Below, piece after piece: positions 60,069 through 64,000 of a stretch of DNA of 64,000 nt. Source of the DNA: Candidatus Woesebacteria bacterium RIFCSPHIGHO2_02_FULL_42_20 (lineage in GTDB: Bacteria; Patescibacteriota; Microgenomatia; UBA8517); assembly GCA_001792535.1 (NCBI GenBank), contig MGGS01000016.1, forward strand, positions 160 through 64,159, in the 5' to 3' direction. Position numbers and translations under genes: made by a program. The notes beneath the pieces are model-generated. The model did no database searches. It had not been told where the DNA came from and worked only from the letters and a program-made list of their open reading frames with translations. Numbering within the stretch: position 1 is the first letter of the stretch; every line of letters begins with the position of its first letter.

Positions 60069-62021
60069 ATGTTTTATAGTAGAATAGTTTGTGTGAAAAG
60101 GCAAAAGGAAATCGAAAAAAATCTTGTCCTTCTTTACGGCAAAACTGCAGCCCGCGAAACCCTTTTTAAGATCAAGAAACTATCTGTCAACTACAAGACC
60201 AGGAATAATGCTCATTCTAGAAAAGTTTATGCTTCCTCTTGTTTAATTACCTACGCTAATAGTATTCAAGGGAATAATGAAACTCCCCTGAAATCATTGG
60301 CCGGCTTTATTGACAACTTTAAACTTGATAGCATTTTTGAATTAGTTCACATACTTCCCTTTTATCCGTGGGATACTGACCGAGGTTTTTCTGTTTGTGA
60401 TTTTTACAAAGTTGACCAGAATAACGGAAATTGGCAGGATATTAAAAAACTCTCCACTTTTCTCCCCTTGATGTTTGACTTTGTAGTAAACCATGCATCA
60501 ATTGATAATCCACTTATTCAAAAAGCGCTTATTGAGAGGCACCTTTCCAAAAACGACTCTCGCTATAAAAAATACGCGCCGTATAAAGACTTCGTGATTG
60601 CATTCTTTCAAAATGATAGACCAGACAACAAAGTACTTTCGAAGCTAATACGCCCCAGGCCGACACCCGTTCTTACTCATTATTTTGTACAAGAAACTAA
60701 AGGCAATCTCAGAGCTAATCTCGGTGAATTCCAGGACAAAACCGGTTTAAAAATCTTGGGAAGTGGTTGGGTGTGGACAACATTCTCCAGACCAAAAAAC
60801 CCTGATGGTACGGAAAGCACGCGTCAAGTGGATCTGAATTTTACAAATCCTGATGTTTTAGTTGAAGCTATGAAAATTATCCTTTTTTACTATCAAAAAG
60901 GAGCGTTGTGGGTTAGACTCGACGCCATAGGCTACATATGGAAAAAACTTAGCTCCAGTTCGTTACACGAAAAAGAGACGCATACAATTATTTCTGTCCT
61001 TTCAGAATTTCTTCGAGTGACAGTGCCGACTTTAGTAACTGTTTCAGAAGTCAACGAACCACAAGAAAAGGCAATCGAATACCTGGGGAAAAAAGGCTCT
61101 AAAGAAGCCGACCTTTTTTATCAATTCGCGCATTTTCCCCTGGCCGTCTACGCGATGCTCACTTCAGACCCCAAACCCTACAAAAAATGGATCGGAACAT
61201 TGCCTGAAACAAAAGGCCGACAGTTTATTACAGCTTTGGGGAGTCATGACGGAATGGGCTTAAAACCCGTCCGTGGATTTCTAAACGAAAATCAAATCGA
61301 CAAACTGATCAAAATTTTAATTAAAAAACACAACGCTCTTCCAAACTACTCCAGCCTGCCCGGAGGAGAAAAAATAGTCTACGAGATCTGTTCTACCCCT
61401 TGGAATCTTGTTAACCCGCCTGGAAAATATTCGGGCAATGCAATTGCTCTAAACCGCTACCTTTCTGTTGTCGCCATAGGATTACTTCAAAAAGGAACTC
61501 CGGCGATTTACATTAACGGTCTACTTGGAGCAACAAATTATCTGCCCCAGAAAGGCCTTGACGAGAACCGAACAATAAACCGTGAAATTTTTTTAAAAAC
61601 AAAACTTTTCCACGAGTTAAAAAACCCCAAGTCTCATAAAGGCAGAGTGTTCCAAAATGTTAGCAAATTACTTAAACTAAGAAAAAAATTGCCTTGGTTT
61701 GGTCCCGGCCTTCCTAAACCTGAAGTTGTAACAAGTAATGATAAATTACTGCTCATTCTTTTGAGGAACAAAGACGGAGATGATAACCTTTTGTCTGTAA
61801 CAAACTTTTCCCACCGACCTACGCGGTTGGGGATCAATCCTAATCTTATTTCAAACAATGTTGATGTTCTGAAAAATGCAATCAATGGTCAAGACTACAG
61901 AGTTAAGAACAATAAAACCTCAATATATTTACTCCCGTTTCAGACCATCTGGCTAGTGGCTATTCACTATGGTAGAATACCCGTATGGCTAAAAAGGGAG
62001 CAAGGGAAATTGTCGGACTAG
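60069..62021 (+). CDS. GH13 family glycoside hydrolase/phosphorylase (sucrose-phosphorylase-like subfamily)
   Basis: GH13 regions: FDFVVNHAS (I), WVRLDAIGYIWK (II), EVNEP (III), LGSHDG (IV); GFSVCDFYKVD like sucrose phosphorylases. Confidence 0.7.
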   Translation: MFYSRIVCVKRQKEIEKNLVLLYGKTAARETLFKIKKLSVNYKTRNNAHSRKVYASSCLITYANSIQGNNETPLKSLAGFIDNFKLDSIFELVHILPFYPWDTDRGFSVCDFYKVDQNNGNWQDIKKLSTFLPLMFDFVVNHASIDNPLIQKALIERHLSKNDSRYKKYAPYKDFVIAFFQNDRPDNKVLSKLIRPRPTPVLTHYFVQETKGNLRANLGEFQDKTGLKILGSGWVWTTFSRPKNPDGTESTRQVDLNFTNPDVLVEAMKIILFYYQKGALWVRLDAIGYIWKKLSSSSLHEKETHTIISVLSEFLRVTVPTLVTVSEVNEPQEKAIEYLGKKGSKEADLFYQFAHFPLAVYAMLTSDPKPYKKWIGTLPETKGRQFITALGSHDGMGLKPVRGFLNENQIDKLIKILIKKHNALPNYSSLPGGEKIVYEICSTPWNLVNPPGKYSGNAIALNRYLSVVAIGLLQKGTPAIYINGLLGATNYLPQKGLDENRTINREIFLKTKLFHELKNPKSHKGRVFQNVSKLLKLRKKLPWFGPGLPKPEVVTSNDKLLLILLRNKDGDDNLLSVTNFSHRPTRLGINPNLISNNVDVLKNAINGQDYRVKNNKTSIYLLPFQTIWLVAIHYGRIPVWLKREQGKLSD

Positions 62022-62170
62022 TTTGCAAAACATGCAAATCTCAAAACTACGTAACCACGCGTAATAAGGTTAATATGGATGCCAAAGGCAAAGGTAAGCT
62101 GCAAATAAAGAAGTGGTGCAGACAGTGTAGAAAAGTGCAATTGCACAAAGAGACAACTAAACTAAAGTAA
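61985..62170 (+). CDS. rpmG: 50S ribosomal protein L33
   Basis: 61 aa; CKTCKSQNY...KKWCRQCRKVQLHKETT (zinc-ribbon L33 pattern); overlaps 3' end of preceding ORF by 37 nt. Confidence 0.8.
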   Translation: MAKKGAREIVGLVCKTCKSQNYVTTRNKVNMDAKGKGKLQIKKWCRQCRKVQLHKETTKLK

Positions 62171-62222
62171 GATATTAAGTGCTCCGATATTAAGATATAA
62201 AGCAATATTGTAAGATTAGTCT

Positions 62223-63569
62223 GTGGAAAATCTTTTATCCAAAGATAATTTAATAATTTTCACAACAGCTCCAACCGGTCTGGGGCATATCCGTGTAATG
62301 GATGCTCTACTCGACGGACTGCCAGAAGGTGTGGATGTTAAAGAAGTGGGTGTGCAAAACATCAGCGCAGCTAAAATTCACAGGCTCGGAAGCGTATTCC
62401 CCTTCCTGCAAAAGATCACAGAGTTTTATCAAACAAATCCTATGGCGGAAAAAATTGCGGCCGGCGTTTACAAAGCCTACCACCACTCCAAAACCAAAGA
62501 GATTACCGCAAGACTCAAAGAGTTAAAAGTAAAATTCCCAAATAAAAAAAATTGGCTTATTGTATCGACCCACCACGCGTTTGCGCACGAGATTGAATAT
62601 ATCAAAGGTAAACTTGAAAGAAATCTTGGTATTAAAATTTTATTATTCGTTATAATGACCGATGATTCACCCCAACGGGTATGGGTAATAAACAATGCCG
62701 ATATTATTTTTTCACCCAGCGAAAGAACTTCCTTAAAAATCCACTCTATGCTTAAAAGCAATTCTGCTGCCAAAATCATAACAATCTCTTTCCCTGTTTC
62801 TCCTCGGTTAACCAAAAGACTCACGGACGAAGAGTTCAACCAAATTTCAGGGCAATTTGATAACGCCCAAAAACAACCGTTGCATATTGAAATTCCAATA
62901 AGTGGCGCCGCAGTCCAGTTGGATTTTTTCAAAAAATTAATCGATTCACTAAAACAGGAAAAAATAAAGTTTACTATTGTAGGTCAGGACTCTATTTACA
63001 CCAAAATGTTTTTCACTCATCTTGGCAAAAATCAAAATGTTGGGCTTCTTATTGGCCGGGGGGCCAAACAAACCGTGAATTACTACGAATCTCTTTTTTA
63101 CCAAAGCCCGCGCCCGGGGGTGGAAATCACAAAACCATCCGAACAATGCTTTAAGTCAATTTTAAAACCGAACGAGCAGGGAGGTGTAGTCCTTCTACTT
63201 ACAAACCCCGTTGGCCGCCAGGAACAAGATAATTTAAATTTTCTTGTTCGTCACGACCTTATCCCGGACACAAAACACCAAGAAAAGCTTTTTTCTATAT
63301 TGCTAACTTCCGCCAAAGGCGGACCAGCCTTCGGCTGGAACATGCAAGAATTATCGTATTGGACTTACCGCGCAAGCCACTGGAGAGGTGTACGATTGCC
63401 GAGTAACTCAAAAGACGCTGCCGAGTTTATCATCAATTTAAAACAAAGCGGGATACTCCTGGCCATGCTATCATATGTTTCGCACAAGAAAAAGGAACTT
63501 ACGTCAGGAGGCGTCGCACAAATTTGGGAGGAAATAGATAAGTTTCTGGGGTATAATAAGCGTGCTTAG
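62223..63569 (+). CDS. hypothetical GT-B-like glycosyltransferase (tentative)
   Basis: N-terminal IIFTTAPTGLGHIRVMDAL resembles MGDG-synthase/GT28-type G-rich loop; rest unassigned. Confidence 0.35.
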   Translation: MENLLSKDNLIIFTTAPTGLGHIRVMDALLDGLPEGVDVKEVGVQNISAAKIHRLGSVFPFLQKITEFYQTNPMAEKIAAGVYKAYHHSKTKEITARLKELKVKFPNKKNWLIVSTHHAFAHEIEYIKGKLERNLGIKILLFVIMTDDSPQRVWVINNADIIFSPSERTSLKIHSMLKSNSAAKIITISFPVSPRLTKRLTDEEFNQISGQFDNAQKQPLHIEIPISGAAVQLDFFKKLIDSLKQEKIKFTIVGQDSIYTKMFFTHLGKNQNVGLLIGRGAKQTVNYYESLFYQSPRPGVEITKPSEQCFKSILKPNEQGGVVLLLTNPVGRQEQDNLNFLVRHDLIPDTKHQEKLFSILLTSAKGGPAFGWNMQELSYWTYRASHWRGVRLPSNSKDAAEFIINLKQSGILLAMLSYVSHKKKELTSGGVAQIWEEIDKFLGYNKRA

Positions 63570-63638
63570 GGGCGTCGTTCAGTGGTAGGACCCGGGTCTC
63601 CAAAACCCGTGACGAGAGTTCGATTCTCCCCGCCCCTG
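63568..63638 (+). tRNA. tRNA-Trp (CCA)
   Basis: Acceptor AGGGGCG/CGCCCCT, anticodon stem CGGGT/ACCCG loop CTCCAAA, T-loop TTCGATT (one A:C mismatch in T-stem); starts inside stop codon of preceding ORF. Confidence 0.75.
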
Positions 63639-64000
63639 CCCAGAAGGACATTGGGATAAAAAGTGGCTGTTCTTCCCAAATACAAGGCAATTTTAGAGGT
63701 TCGAACCAGCTTGAAAAAGGATACATACATCATCAACTTCTTACACTTAACAAGATGGTCGTTCTATTTTAGACAGTAAAACAGAACGATATCCAAACAT
63801 CGTTTCGTTTATGAAAAACATGGGATCAGGTAAATACTTAACACTACTTACTGTGCATTTAGAATATAAAGCATTTATACCCAATCTCCTCTCTTTTGAT
63901 ATAATCCTCTCATGGATTCTTCCGGGTTTATAAAAATAGATAATAAAGAGTTATTTTCAATTTTCACTGATGCTGGAAGCAAAAAACTTGTTATATTTTG

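Noticed and set aside
1-64000. Alternative genetic code (UGA or UAG recoding) as an explanation for the in-frame stops in the recombinase and YvcK genes
   Set aside because: Conserved genes terminate cleanly with TAA, TAG (e.g. dnaX, histidine phosphatase) and TGA (def) at expected lengths. The interrupted genes also carry frameshifts, so pseudogenisation or sequence error fits better.

Overview
This is about 64 kb from a low-GC bacterium with many short housekeeping proteins. The gene content (short EF-Ts, DprA-only core, ProRS lacking an editing domain) suggests a reduced-genome, possibly CPR-like lineage; that is inference only.

Most of the window, roughly 9.3-64 kb, is ordinary chromosome:
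- Metal ABC transporter.
- Copper-homeostasis cluster: copA, cupredoxin, csoR, a membrane-cupredoxin fusion and copZ.
- Replication and translation core: cysS, dnaX-ybaB-recR, ybeY, proS, rseP-frr-tsf-rpsB.
- Metabolic and cell-wall genes: folD-ahcY-PfkB kinase-glyA, thyX-dcd, topA, a second VapBC pair, dprA, mrdA-mreB, def-fmt, rpmB, an M50 protease, queA.
- A GT4/GH13 sugar cluster, rpmG and four tRNAs (Tyr, Thr-TGT, Thr-GGT, Trp).

The first ~9 kb is the unusual part:
- A cassette-like array runs from 1 to ~5.8 kb. It holds toxin-antitoxin modules (BrnTA, VapBC) and small accessory enzymes. Six same-orientation copies of a ~19-bp imperfect palindrome (GCTAATTTGAAGACAAATT; arms AATTTG/CAAATT around AAGA) punctuate the cassette boundaries.
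- The array abuts a decayed large serine recombinase gene (frameshift plus in-frame TAG and TGA).
- Immediately beyond is a 1.2-kb single-gene module bounded by perfect 165-bp inverted repeats. Each repeat contains a terminator-like hairpin.

Other decay: a YvcK/CofD-family gene split by one in-frame TAG, and a thymidylate kinase remnant beside thyX-dcd.

Several large proteins have no recognisable family: 588 aa, 564 aa, a 705-aa HExxH protein and a 269-aa protein inside the inverted-repeat module. No CRISPR array or rRNA was seen.
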